Notes: generated from the sequence alone by a model not told the origin. Numbered from the stretch's first letter, positions 52,298 to 64,000 are shown. The stretch: DNA of 64,000 nucleotides from Chara braunii (GCA_003427395.1 BFEA01000012.1:4272483-4336482), one strand, 5' to 3'. Made by a program: numbers and translations.

Positions 52298-52962
52298 ACT
52301 GGACATTGTTTTTAAGTTGAATGGCCCAGGGCTATGTTTATTTGACTGTTTTATGAAGGACCAGGCATTGTTTATAAGCTGAATGACCTGGTTGTTGTTT
52401 TTATTTCTAAGGGTTTGCCTTGTTGATTTGTAGGACGCATTATTTCTAAATAAATAGCTTGATCTGTCTGTTTCTTTTGGGGTATCTAACTAAATTTCGG
52501 CTGAAGAATCCAACTTCATGCTTTGATTGGTTTGAGGATAGGCTGAACATTGTTTCTAAACTGAACGGTTTAACCTTTTGTTTTATTTTTGAGGGAGGAT
52601 TTCTGGTCTAAGGCTAAGCATTGTTTCTAAGCTGAATGGTTTGGCCTGAAGACCATACACACGAGTATAAACTAAGTATAACATAAAATATTTTACCTAT
52701 ACTTGCATGCGAACTGGCAGTTGGACATTGTTTCTAAGCTGAATAATCCAACACTAAGTTATATCATTAAGAAGAGAAAGTAAAGTACTGAGTATAATTG
52801 AAAATAATCTGGGCAAAACTGAGCATTGTTTCTAAGTTGAATGGCTCAATTCGCTACCTGTATTTTTATTTTTATTTATAGAACAAAGTCAAAAATTTAT
52901 TAAATTTTGGATATTAAACAGTTCAGGGCGACAAGACATTATTTCTAAGTTGAATGGTCTAG
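52298..52962 (+). repeat. Array of ~7 stem-loops with cattgtttc-TAAG(C/T)T-gaatg core (copy C)
   Basis: Variable but pairing outer stems: accagg/cctggt, aggctaagc/gtttggcct, gttgga/tccaac and tgagc/gctca. Confidence 0.78.
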
Positions 52963-55398
52963 TTATATGCCCAAAGAAAATAAAAATAGTTGTACAACCT
53001 GTTCGTGTACATTCTAAAGGCATGTCATATGTAAGTTGGGTATAAGGGAGAACTCGTTTGAAAGTTTCATGAACTATCTATGAGGACTTTTGACTTGGGG
53101 ATAGTGAGAGTACTTACTCTTTGAGGTATGGCCTTGCATGTGGCTGAGTGAGAGTACTACTTAGTCTAAGTTGCAGTTTAGACATATAGTTATTTAAGAT
53201 GCTCGCCACGTGCTACAGCTATAAGAGTTAGTTTCAATTCCTGCATTTTCTGAGGTAAGTTTTCTTTACTTTGCTTAATTCTCGCATTTTCTGGGATCAT
53301 TTATTATACTTGGCTGCGTATAAATTTTGATAAGTTACTTTCTCCACGGGAAGCGCTGCCGAAATTTTTGCAAATCAAAAATGATAGTCAAAATTTGACT
53401 TTTCAAATTTCAACTTATCGAATTTTTATAAACGGCTTAGTAAAAATCTAGAACGTTTCCTTTTCTAAAGGGAGTATTGCCTAAATTTTTACTAATTCGG
53501 GGAGTAAGACAAAATTTGACTTTGAAAAGTTGAAGATTATTTTTGTTTTCATATTCGGGTTGATATAAATTCTGAAAAGACATTTTACCAGCGTGAAGCG
53601 CTGACGGAATTTTTTTAATTAGAGGAGATAAATTATATTTCGACATGTGGCGACTCTGACAATCCACCCTACATAGGGGAGATACTGTCAAAGGTCTACC
53701 TTTCTTTGGGCACTGGCTTAGAGGTAGACTCAAAATTTTTCGTGGAAAGGTTTTAGGTGAGAGTGTGAAATGGGGATTTATTCTTCGTACACATATAAGC
53801 TTAGTTTGAGAATTGACCTGTCTTGTGGTACACGTCCTTTTGATCGTTTCGGTTCAGAATATGACTAATTTCAGCTTGACCCTACGAGGATCATCTTCTG
53901 TTATCACTGCTAACGGGTCGGTTGCTTGATAGCCGACTCGTTGGCTCACGACACTATTTTGTTTACACCTGTACCTCTACTTGATTGCCTTAGCCCTGAG
54001 ATTTAATATGTTTCTTTGATGGTTTTAACCGGACTTCTTTTAATGACGATTGTAAAAAAATTATAAAATTTATGGAGAGTTGCATCATGACTTGAGTGTG
54101 AGGCGTGGTGTGAGGTACAAGGAACAATAAAGTTGACCACATTGGTGTATGACAATGTGGCTTTCGTTTGTGTCTATGTTTTATGCAGTTTAGTATTTTT
54201 GGAGCTTGGTATATGAGCCGTACCTTGGAGACAGTGAGAATGACAACCATATGTCACACGATCTACATACCTGATGGGCTTATGTTTCCCCTTCTTTTAT
54301 TTTATCGCACGTCCTGATTCGATATATGATTGTTGGGATGTTTATTTATTTATTGGGTGATTTTGCTTGTTAATTTTCATAGTTGGACGTTGTAGTCCAT
54401 GACAACCGTCAATGTCAAATCCTTTGACTTCTCTTCAGACCCTGGATGATAAAGTTGGTCTCCAGGGTGATAAGAAACGATTATCACCACAGGTATGAAC
54501 TTGTGTACCACCCACTCTCTGCAGGGTGCAGAAAAGGGTGTGGCTCTCAACCACACTTCGCGGTTGTCTAGCGTCGAGAGATGAATCCCTCAAGGATGTC
54601 AGCCGACACTTGAGTGTCGAATGCAACCCTCGAAATTAACGAGGACCACATAAGTATGGGTACTTTATAGTACGTCATTATTGCGACTGCTTGCGTATGC
54701 CTGCATTGAGAGGCAATATGAGTTAGCCGTACGTCCGTGCAGTTTTATACCAAGTCTCACGCGCGATACCTATCCGATTTCCACATCGAAGAGTTATCAG
54801 ATGGCAACTAAGGAACTAGGAGTGTTGTCACGTTACTTGTTCTGTGTTGTTCTGTACATGTGTATGTGCGTGCATATTTCAAGTTTCATGTTCTTAGAGT
54901 GGTGTACGCGTGGTGCGTGAGATACTTCCTAGTCGACCGATGACAAGTCACGCTTGGGACTTCAACCCCCTAAGATGTCGGTTCGCGTGCGGGTCCGATA
55001 GAGGCGTAAAACCGTACATACCCCCTATATGCTACAGCAATCGAGAAATGTTGTCGTCTGGACCACCTCTGAGATTGCAGCTGATTAACCTTCGTATTGT
55101 GGACTGGTAGCTCGACGGAGATATGCCCACCGAAGGGAGGTGACAACTCCCGTAAGGTGGAGGTAAATCGTGCCTCGCGTAGGCCCTATCATATCGTAGG
55201 GGCTCGCGAGAGGTATGGTTGGCGCACTCATCCGGAGAGGCTTGTGGAAACTCAATGTATGTTCGCGATGAGGATCACACTGACTCGTGCGTGACGCGGC
55301 CGGGAGGGTCCCCCCCCATGTTGTGCAATGCCGGACCGCCGCGCTCAACTGCACGATGTTGAGCATTCTATCAAGCTCGTGCCTGACTATCGTGTTCA

Positions 55399-55474
55399 GA
55401 GAGGCGGTTATTGAAAGACCCGAAATTCGGCAAATTTTGATGAATTTTTCACCGAAACTGTTATATTTCCTTGA
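55399..55474. mobile_element. 76-bp insertion with 8-bp target duplication
   Basis: cgtgttca (55391-55398) and tgtgttca (55475-55482). Removal restores DYRVHHQTPYRL. Confidence 0.75.
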
Positions 55475-58400
55475 TGTGTTCACCATCAGACACCGTACCG
55501 ACTTCTGATTTCAGAGGCGACGGAACTCAAGCGTCAGCTTGAGGAGCTTCTTCGACTGGGTTTCATTAAACCTAGTAATTCCTTTTGGAGTGCACCCGTC
55601 CTTTTTGCTCGCAAAGCGAATATAACTCTCCGCCTCTGCATTGACTACTGCGGTCTTAACCGTTCCACGACTAATAATATTTATCCCATGCCTCGCGCGG
55701 ATGAGCTGTTTCACCGTCTGGCAGGCAACCGCTTCTTCACGAAGATCGATCTTCGTAGCGATTACCACCAGATCCGATTTGCCGCAGAGGATCAGCCGAA
55801 GACCGTCTTTCGGTCCCTCTTCGACCACTGTGAGTTCACAATGATGTCATTTGGTCTCTTCAATACACCCATTACCTTCTAGACGATGGTGAACGACATC
55901 TTCACGGACATCCTTAAGGAATACATTCTCATATACTTGAACGATATCTTGATCTACCGTCGTACCTTAGAAGACCATATCAAACACCTCCGCGATGTCC
56001 TACAACACTTACGCAAGCATGACTTCTATGCCAAGCTTAATAAGTGCTGCTTTGTCAAGCTCAAAGTGGACTTCCTAGGACACCATGCGCCTGCCAGAGT
56101 CTTTCAGGCCACATGGACGACGAGAAGTTCACTGTTATTGCATAGTGGCACGTCCTCACATCTACCAGGCAGCTTCGCATATTCCTAGGCCTCACTAGTT
56201 ACTATAGTAATTTCATCCGAGGATACGCGAGGTATTCCTACATCCTTACCTCCACCCTCCTCCGGAAGAACCCGCCATGGTTTTGGACACCCCTTTGCGA
56301 CGATATTTCTCGTAGCCTCAAGAAGGCGGTGACTTGTGCGCCGGTTCTACGCGTCCCTGATTTTGATCGTTCATTTATCGTCAGCACTGATGCGTCAGAT
56401 TTTGTAGTAGGAGCTATACTTTCTCAAGTATTTCCCTCTCCTCCTGATTCACCTTATCCCCATATCCCTCCTTTCCGCCCCTCCTCCCGCCGACACTGCT
56501 TCTCGACTGACGCCTACCCTTCCACCACTACTCCTTCACTGACAGTACTCCTGTTTCTTACTCTCCGACCATCGCGGAGGATGAGACTGTCAATGCTCGT
56601 GCTGAGGATTGTCGGATCGCCTTCTACCCCCGTCAGCTACTATCTGTCGAGATAAACTACACTGCAGATGAACGTGCGGTTCTCGCAGTAGTTTACGCTA
56701 CCCGACACTACCGTCATTTACCTGCACGGGGCGCCCTTCGCGATGCCCACGGACAACTCTGTTGCCCAGATTTTCCTCACGAAGCCCAAACTTTCTCCTC
56801 AACAGACACGCTGGTGGCTTGCATTATCCGAGTTCAGTTTCACCACTCAGCCCATCGACGGTAAAACGAACCATGTTGTCGATGTCTTGTCCCGCAAGCC
56901 TTATCACAATAAGGAACCCATCCATCTTGCTTTCATTTCCGTCACCATTGTTGATCAGTCAGTGATCGACACATATCGCACTCAATGCCATCACTGCCGA
57001 GATTATCCCGTAATCCATGCAACACTACGGAGTGGCAAGACTGTTCCCTCATACTCCCTCGGTGAGAATGCTCTCGTGTACTTGCATGACAAATCTAGTA
57101 AGCCAGAACCACGTATTTGCTTTCCCTTCACCGGACAGCTCCGTGTCCAGGCTATAACAAATTTTCATGACCAAGCACATATGAGCTTCCATAAGACGTT
57201 GACTCGTATTTGCCGTCTCTACGTTTGGTCAAAGTCCAAGGTCTTCTTCAAAACCTACATCCATGAGTGTCCTACCTACCAGGAGGTGAACAATGCAACC
57301 ACCTTCCATACCGGAGCCATTGGCAGTCCATCTCGATTGATTTCATTAATCCCCTCCGCCCACCCACTGAGCGCGGTCATGATGTTATCTTGGTCGTCAT
57401 CGATCGCTTATTTGCAAGAACAACAATCTTAGATGTTATAGAAAAGAAAGTTGTGACAATCCTCATGTACCCACATATGAAAAGGAAGTACAGTTATTTT
57501 CTATAAAAAATCTACAGTAATAAATAAAATTCCCATGAAAATACCACTCGATTGAATCCCCAAAAAAATCATTTCATAACCAGTAGCCTGCACGTTTTGT
57601 CCCGTGCTGCTATCGCATAGCCGCTCGTGAGGTCGCCGGCATCGTCTTCGACCAAGTCGTGAGAGATTACGACTTACCTTAGAGCATCATCTCCGAGCGT
57701 GACCCACGCTTTACCAACATACTCTGGCGACGCCTACACGAGGTGTACAGATCCTAGCTCCGCTTCTCATCATCTTACCACCCTCAGACGGATGGTCAGA
57801 CTGTGGTCACCAATAAAACTCTCGGTAATATCCTCCAAAAGTCTGTTAGGGAGAGCACACATGGAGATTGCGTACACCCATGTTGTTTCGCCAGTCACGG
57901 GGATGTTGCCGTTCTATTGCGATCTGGGCTACCACCCTTGCGTACCTACGGACTTCCTACGACCATCGCGGTTGCCCAGACATTCGTCCTGCGCTTGACG
58001 ACTGAAACGTTCATATGATGGCGCTTATGAAGAGCGCACACGAGGGTCTAGCCAACTCCCAAACTCACATGGCCGCAAGAACAAATCGCTCACGAATGGA
58101 TCACCCATTCAAAGTCGGTGACGATGTGCTCGTCGACGCACCCCACTTACAACTCGAAGCGTGGATACGCTTCGCAAGTTCATATGTCGTTTCTTCGATC
58201 TATGCCGCATCCTTCAGGTCGTCGATTCTGATACTGCCGTTAGTCCGGTCGATTTCCGTCTAAAGTTACCTGATTCCCTTCGACCGACTCACGTACATGA
58301 TGTTTACCACGTCGCCTTCTTGCGTCCTTATTCCAAACCGTTCGAGCGCTTAGCCGGACGCCCTTATGAGCAACCTCCACCTATCATGGTGGATGGTCAC

Positions 58401-58759
58401 AAAGAGTTCGTCATTTCTCACAACTTAACTTTTCACGGTAAGAAATATCGAAACAATAAAATTTTGTATGGATTTTTTTTGCTACTGCCTTGGATATTTA
58501 CTCTTCTTTCTAGATTTTGTTTTAAGAACATTCAATACACATTTGGTGCAATAAAAGTTCTATTTAACTTTTTAAGTTTTCGGAATGCTCTGCAAACTTT
58601 CACTATACGGGTTTCTGAATATTTCAACAACTTCGTGCATGGGTAAAACCAAACTCCGCGTTAAGAAAAGTAGCTAGAATACGTCTTACCTCAAGATTTG
58701 AAGTCACTGCATATATTCCTGCAATTGGACATGAAGAATTTTAATAAGAGTAACAATCT

Positions 58760-58900
58760 CGCCGAGTTACCGACGATACGCCTCCACGCATCGAGTACCT
58801 TGTGCATTGAAATACTATCCTGATGAGGAGGTTACTTGGGAGGCCCTCGAGCACTTGGAGCACCCCCGGATGTTGGTGCGCGCAAATGATCATGCTCGTT
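58760..58900 (+). other. Chromodomain relic at the integrase C-terminus
   Basis: RRVTDDTPPRIEYLVH*KYYPDEEVTWEALEHL fits the chromodomain motif YLVxWxxY...TWE. Confidence 0.8.
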
Positions 58901-59545
58901 GTGCTGAGACATTTCCTCAGCCGACTGATCCTCTTCCTCCTCCTCCGGCTGAGGAGATCGCTGAAGACGAGCCCACTCCCTCTAAGACCTTTCTTTAGCA
59001 GCAGCCGAACACGCCTCCCCACGTCCAAAGTGCATTCGTCGACGCCCTTGGTGTTCAGATGATTGACGATCTAATCACCTACTATCTCTTTATTGACTCA
59101 CACCATCAGGTACTACATCATCAACTTCTTCAGGATGTCAACGTTTTGCAGCTTTTCTTCGACATCAGCTCAACTACTACTTCATCGACGTTATCAACAA
59201 CCTCGACGACTTCATCTACCTTATCGGCTTCAACCACTTTCGTCGTGACTGCTTCATGTCACTACCCTGTTTATCCCCATGTGTCGCATAATTGTTCTCA
59301 CTTAGCAGACTCCCTCTTGAGTTCCGCTCTCCCTCGATAACGCATAGGCATTGGGACCGTAGCATTATATTCGCTGCCCTGCTCCCAGATCTAGCTCCCT
59401 CCCCTAGTCGCTGAGTTGTGCGCATGTTTCCCTCACCCACTGCCCTCATCACCCTAGTGCCGGCACTTGCATGTCTTCAGTCAAGCATATCTCCACCCCA
59501 TTCCAAACTCCCCTTTTCATGCTTGCATGGTGTTACCGTTTTGTC

Positions 59546-59702
59546 GAGCATTACCTACCTTAATGGTATAACTATTAGGGTCATTGATTTTGTTTCGCTA
59601 CCACTCTCCCACCTTCAGCCCGACGAGCATTACCTGCCTTAATGGTCTATCTATTAGGGTCATTGATTTTGTTTTGCTACCTCTCCCACCTTGAGCCCGA
59701 CG
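59546..59702. repeat. ~79-bp tandem duplication
   Basis: gagcattacct.ccttaatggt.ta.ctattagggtcattgattttgttt occurs twice. Confidence 0.85.
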
Positions 59703-60088
59703 ACCTATCCCACCTTCATGTGTGACTACCCTTAGGAGTTTCGATTCGTAGGCTGCATTCACCCCCTCTAAGACCATCCCACTCTTAGTAGTTCAACAAC
59801 ATGACATTATCTTGTAGCATATTGCCCTTTTTCCTTTCAGCACTGAGAACATTGCCGTTAACAGTCCAGGATTGTATCATGCTTCATTTCAGTTTTTGTT
59901 GTTAGTTAAGATGTCTACATTCATTTGACATTATGTAGCTTAGGTTACATCGCATGAACGCTGCATGGAGCTTGGTCCGCATCCTAGATTTCTCAGCTTT
60001 CTTTATTGCAAAGTTCCGCTGTTTTTGCGGATACCGTATTTGTGGCTCTTGCGATCCATTACTGTGGTGTTACCTTAGCAAACAGGTA

Positions 60089-60122
<34 letters not shown>

Positions 60123-60208
60123 TGTGTGTGTGTGTGCACGCGTAGCAAACCCAACAGCTTCATTAGGCATATCAGTTCCTACTGCAGCAACTATTGTAGG
60201 TGTTGCGT

Positions 60209-60256
<48 letters not shown>

Positions 60257-60842
60257 TGCGTGTGTCTGTATGTTGAGTGTGTATGTGCATGTGTGTATGT
60301 TTAGGAGTGCTGGGCAATGTCCCCAGGGACACCTCAACTCTTTCTCTGTCTATATATATACAAAACAATTTGGGCTCGATCAAATTGCGCACATTCATGC
60401 TCCGTATCATGGCTTCGGGTTCGGTCACCGAGCCCCAACACTATGTTCGAGGCCTAGAAAAGGATGGTCGACTAAACTCTCCCATGTCTACATTTCAGTG
60501 TCATTAAATCAATGAAAATATCTGACTTATATGCAAGATATCTCGATGAAACTGTTGCCTCTTTACTACGGGCCATGGCAGATACTTGATCCTGTGGGGT
60601 CAGATCCATTTGAAACTTCCTATCTGCTTGTCGTCCCCCTCGTACCAGAACCTATATGATCATCCGTACTTCAAAACCCCTGCTTTTCCAACCTGCTGAT
60701 GCAGTTCCTGATAGGCCACCGCAGTTTGGACCTATTCCTGGGAAGGGATACGGAGAGGATAAATTATATAGAAAAGAGGAACTTCTCAACTCTACAAATT
60801 CAGTTCTCCGGTAATATGAGCCTCAATAGAAAGGACAACTGC

Positions 60843-61169
60843 TCAAACATTCTACTTGTGAACACTCCTAGCTCAAAGTCCTCATTCCTCAAGGGTAAGA
60901 ATGCAATGACTTGCAGTATCCAATGCCGAGGTAGTTCCCTTAGGTAGCGGGCTTCGGGGCTTAAGCCCTAGACCTCCCTCTTCGTTAGTAGCCTGACTTC
61001 GGTGTTTGATTCAAACATTCTACTTGTGGACACTCCTAGCTCGAAGTCCTCACTTGTCAAGGGTAAGAATGCAATGACTCGGAGTACCCAATGCCGAAGT
61101 AGTTTGCTTAGGTGGAGGGCTACGGGGCTTCATCCCTAGCCCTCCCTCTTCCTTAGTAGCCTGACTTCG
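60843..61169. repeat. 169-bp tandem duplication
   Basis: tcaaacattctacttgtg.acactcctagctc at 60843 and 61012. Confidence 0.88.
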
Positions 61170-61319
61170 TGTGGATTGAATCTCTTCGGGGTTTGATTTG
61201 TTGGCCTCTCCCTTAGCAGGATTTTTTGCGATTGAGGCCCACTTTGCTTTTGATTGCTGCTTTTCCACTATTCCCTGTTTTCAGTCCAAATTCGGTCGTC
61301 GCAGCAAGAGGCTGGGAGT

Positions 61320-61405
61320 AGACCTTTTTCGGCCTTTTGGCTAAGATCAAGTATAGTATCTATTCTGATCAGTTTAATATCTGATGCATGGTCCATCAGG
61401 TCGCA
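61320..61405 (+). pseudogene. U2: 3'-truncated U2 snRNA retrocopy
   Basis: agacctttttcggccttttggctaagatcaagtatagtatctattctgatcagtttaatatctgat matches the U2 5' end. It has an A-rich tail and no Sm site, and GTAGTA is changed to ATAGTA. Confidence 0.9.
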
Positions 61406-62503
61406 ACAGAAAAAAACAAAAAGAAAAAGGTCGGGAGTCTACAAAAGTGTCGAGTGAAATTGTGAGCGTTATTGACACATCCAAGCCCAAACTAACATTA
61501 AAGAGCTGCAAAATTCACCACCCGTTATGAGACCTACAAAAAGCTGTAACCTCTGTCACACGCCGAACATGTTCGGCGCCCCACTAAGCATCTGAACACA
61601 TACCTCGGCCGAGCGGGAACCGGAAATGTCTGGCCGAGTGCCGCAAAAAAAAAAGGGCTCCCGAAGAAATCCAGGTGTCGCCGGTACAGGGCGCATATCG
61701 ACCATTCTGGTCCCGGCAAAGGGCATAGTGGGCGGCCACAGGTGCATGTGTGGGTGTGGGTGTGTGTGTGGGTGTGTGTGTGTGTGTTGCATCAGCTGTG
61801 TCCGCAGATGTGTGTGTGTGTGTGTGTGTGTGTCTGTGTGTTGTCATATTCGCTATACACTAAAAAAGCACGACTGTGCCAGACTGTTTCGTCGAACTTT
61901 CACCAACTCGTGTGTGTGTGTGTGTATGTGCACCAAACACAGCGGGTATACAGGCGCATCAGTTACTACTGCACCAGCTGCTTTAGGTGTTGCGTTCACG
62001 GGTATGTGTGTGTGTGTGTGTGTATGATCAGGAGTGACGTGCTATGCCCCCCAGGGCCTGCCAACCCATTTATAGATTAATTAAAAATAAATAAAAGTAA
62101 ATCAAAAATAAAAATGTCTGGGCTCGACTGATTTTGGGCCACGTTCGTTCAATACCGAGGGGTCGGATTCATTCACCGAGCCCAAACACGATGCTAATAT
62201 GCTAGTCCTAAAAAAGGATGATCGAACAGACTCTCCCTCGACAATATGACCATGTCATCAGGTCTGAGTGAAAATATCTCGATGAAGTTTTTGCGTCTTT
62301 ACTACTGCCCATGGCAGGTACTTGATCCTGTGGGGGCAGATGCATTTGAACCTTCCTATGTGCTCGTTGTACCCCTCATTTCAGAACCTATGCCATCTTC
62401 CATGCTTCAAACTCCTGCCTTTCAAACCTGCTGATGCACTTCCGGATACACCACCGTAGTTTGGACCTCCTAAATTCGGTCTTAGTGTCAAAAAGCTGTG
62501 AGT

Positions 62504-62590
62504 AGACCTTTTTCGGCCTTTTGGCTAAGATCAAGTCTACTATCCGTTCTGATCAGCATAATATCTGTTGCATGCTGCATCGGGCCATAA
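62504..62590 (+). pseudogene. U2: Second, more decayed U2 snRNA retrocopy
   Basis: agacctttttcggccttttggctaagatcaagtctactatccgttctgatcagcataatatctg followed by an A-rich tail, with the same flanks as the first copy. Confidence 0.88.
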
Positions 62591-63964
62591 CAAAAAGAGG
62601 GAAAAAAAAAAGCTCGGGAGTCTACAAAAGGGTCGAGTGAAATTGTGAACGCGTCCTTTTCCTCCTCCGCTACTCGTTCCTGTAGTGTCAAAAGGTTGAG
62701 AGTCCACAAAAAATGTCAAGGGACGGCTTCCTTTTCCGTTCTTCTTGACAAACGCTGGTAGAGGTCGCATCCTGGCAGGTGCTGCATTATTTTCCTACGA
62801 CATCATCTTCACACAGAGGGTGCTGGTGACCATAGCTGGGGCAACCTCAGTCGTGTACAAACAATGCTGGGCTCAAGACTCTACGCGCTACATGCGCATC
62901 CTCGTCTGTACTTTTAGGGTTACGTCAACTGCCTTTGAAGCAGCTGTCCCATAAAATCTTCTTCGAGCGTGGCACACTCCATCTTCATCCTATTCGTATG
63001 CATCCTGCGAGCTTCGCTCCGCTGTTGCGGGAACTCTTTATCTGCAGCTGGGATTCGAGGTCACTGCAAACGAAGTGTTGGCAGACTTAAAGTTGGGCGT
63101 TGCATGCACAACAGCTTGAGATTGGTGGCGAGGGAGGAAGAAGAAGACTCCCCTCTTGCAATGAAACTTTATGTAATTGGTTCCTGGGTATGTTAACATG
63201 GTTGTTTTTTTTCGGGAAAACGGTGTCGATTGGCTGGAGAGAGAGGGATATAAATAAAAAACTGATTAAATTCAACTCTTTTTTTTTTTGGATTTTAAAG
63301 TGCTTAAGGCGTGTATTTTCTCATTGGGTGTGGTGTGAATTCCTCTCTCCAAAATCTCTAGTCATTGGGCATGTGCGTGCAAGCATGTAGATGCTAAGCT
63401 GTATCTACTTTTAACGAGGCATGTAACACCCTGACCCGGTGCACATTCTTGAAGTATTAATCGCCTTTCTTGTCGATCCCCTGGCTTCATGATGCATGCT
63501 GCTTTGTAAACATCACTTAGAAGTCATGGCATGCATTATAATGCCATCGTTAGGTGTCTATACCCATATCTATTATCTAAACATTGAGAAAGCACAATGC
63601 ACCATTTCGAGAGATGGTTACTGGAAAGCCCAAAATTCAGGATTTTTGGCCACATCACCACAAGCAATGTCGTTGAAAACATCGCGAACCAACAATGCAC
63701 GCTCATAGTACAAACATAAAATAAAATAAAAAAACAGACGGGCAGAAAAAAAGAAAAAAAAATCAAAGCCACTACAAATTCATAAAACCCTGTTCGGAGT
63801 AGCTTTTGGAGTTGGCCAATACTATACTTTCTCCAAATTCGGTATCTTTGCCAACGTTTTCGTTACTTGTCAAAATGCGTCGGAACTGAATTCAACATAC
63901 CCTAAAGTATCACACACACACACACTAAACAAAAGGCAAACAAGCAAACATTCAACACAACAAC

Positions 63965-63997
<33 letters not shown>

Positions 63998-64000
63998 TAG

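Larger units (their letters stand above)
48395..55350 (+). mobile_element. Large non-coding element, copy C (6956 bp), inserted in Gypsy pol
   Basis: Starts tgtcataccaaatatccttacaaggg and ends ccggaccgccgcgctcaact. Flanks GTGT/GCAC both derive from GCGC by CpG decay, and removing the element plus one tetramer restores the pol frame. Confidence 0.85.
55351..58990 (+). pseudogene. pol: Degenerate chromovirus-type Gypsy pol (RT-RH-INT-chromodomain)
   Basis: ELKRQLEELLRLGFIKPS..WSAPVLF, FFTKIDLRSDYHQIR, IYLNDILIY, FIVSTDASDFVVGAILSQ, WQSISIDFI, YHPQTDGQT and HDVYHVAFLRPY, with many frameshifts and small AT-rich insertions. Confidence 0.93.
60087..62650 (+). repeat. Duplicated composite unit: (TG)n tracts, integrase GPY/F-like fragment and U2 fragment (units ~60160-61465 and ~61950-62650)
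   Basis: Colinear blocks at 60167/61953, 60510/62268 (KLLPLYYGPWQILDPVG / KFLRLYYCPWQVLDPVG) and 61320/62504. Confidence 0.75.

Noticed and set aside
59954-62080. Cys/Val- and His/Thr-rich ORFs
   Set aside because: Translations of (TG)n/(CA)n microsatellites.

Overview
Eukaryotic, TE-saturated window with no recognisable host gene and an assembly gap at 32790-33569. From memory the Gypsy pol peptides resemble those of the charophyte alga Chara, which is unverified. It holds three decayed Ty3/Gypsy relics: one at 1-5.9 kb (-) with an in-frame PHD finger between RNase H and integrase, one at 30-31.4 kb (-), and a chromodomain-bearing one split between 48.1-48.4 and 55.4-59 kb. The dominant feature is a family of large (7-8.4 kb) ORF-less elements with TGTC(G)...(C)GACA ends, present as three complete and three partial copies. 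All 9 visible termini are flanked by an NCGN tetramer or its CpG-decay product, with 4-bp target duplications. Each complete copy carries a conserved structured block ending in a splice-donor-like site, followed by an array of 7-11 stem-loops with a constant TAAG(A/T/C)T loop and co-varying stems. Three copies also carry a captured 28S rRNA or U6 snRNA fragment in the 5' region. Other features: a palindromic ~148-bp satellite inside an insertion with an 8-bp duplication, a ~5-kb local inversion, two truncated U2 snRNA retrocopies and several tandem duplications.
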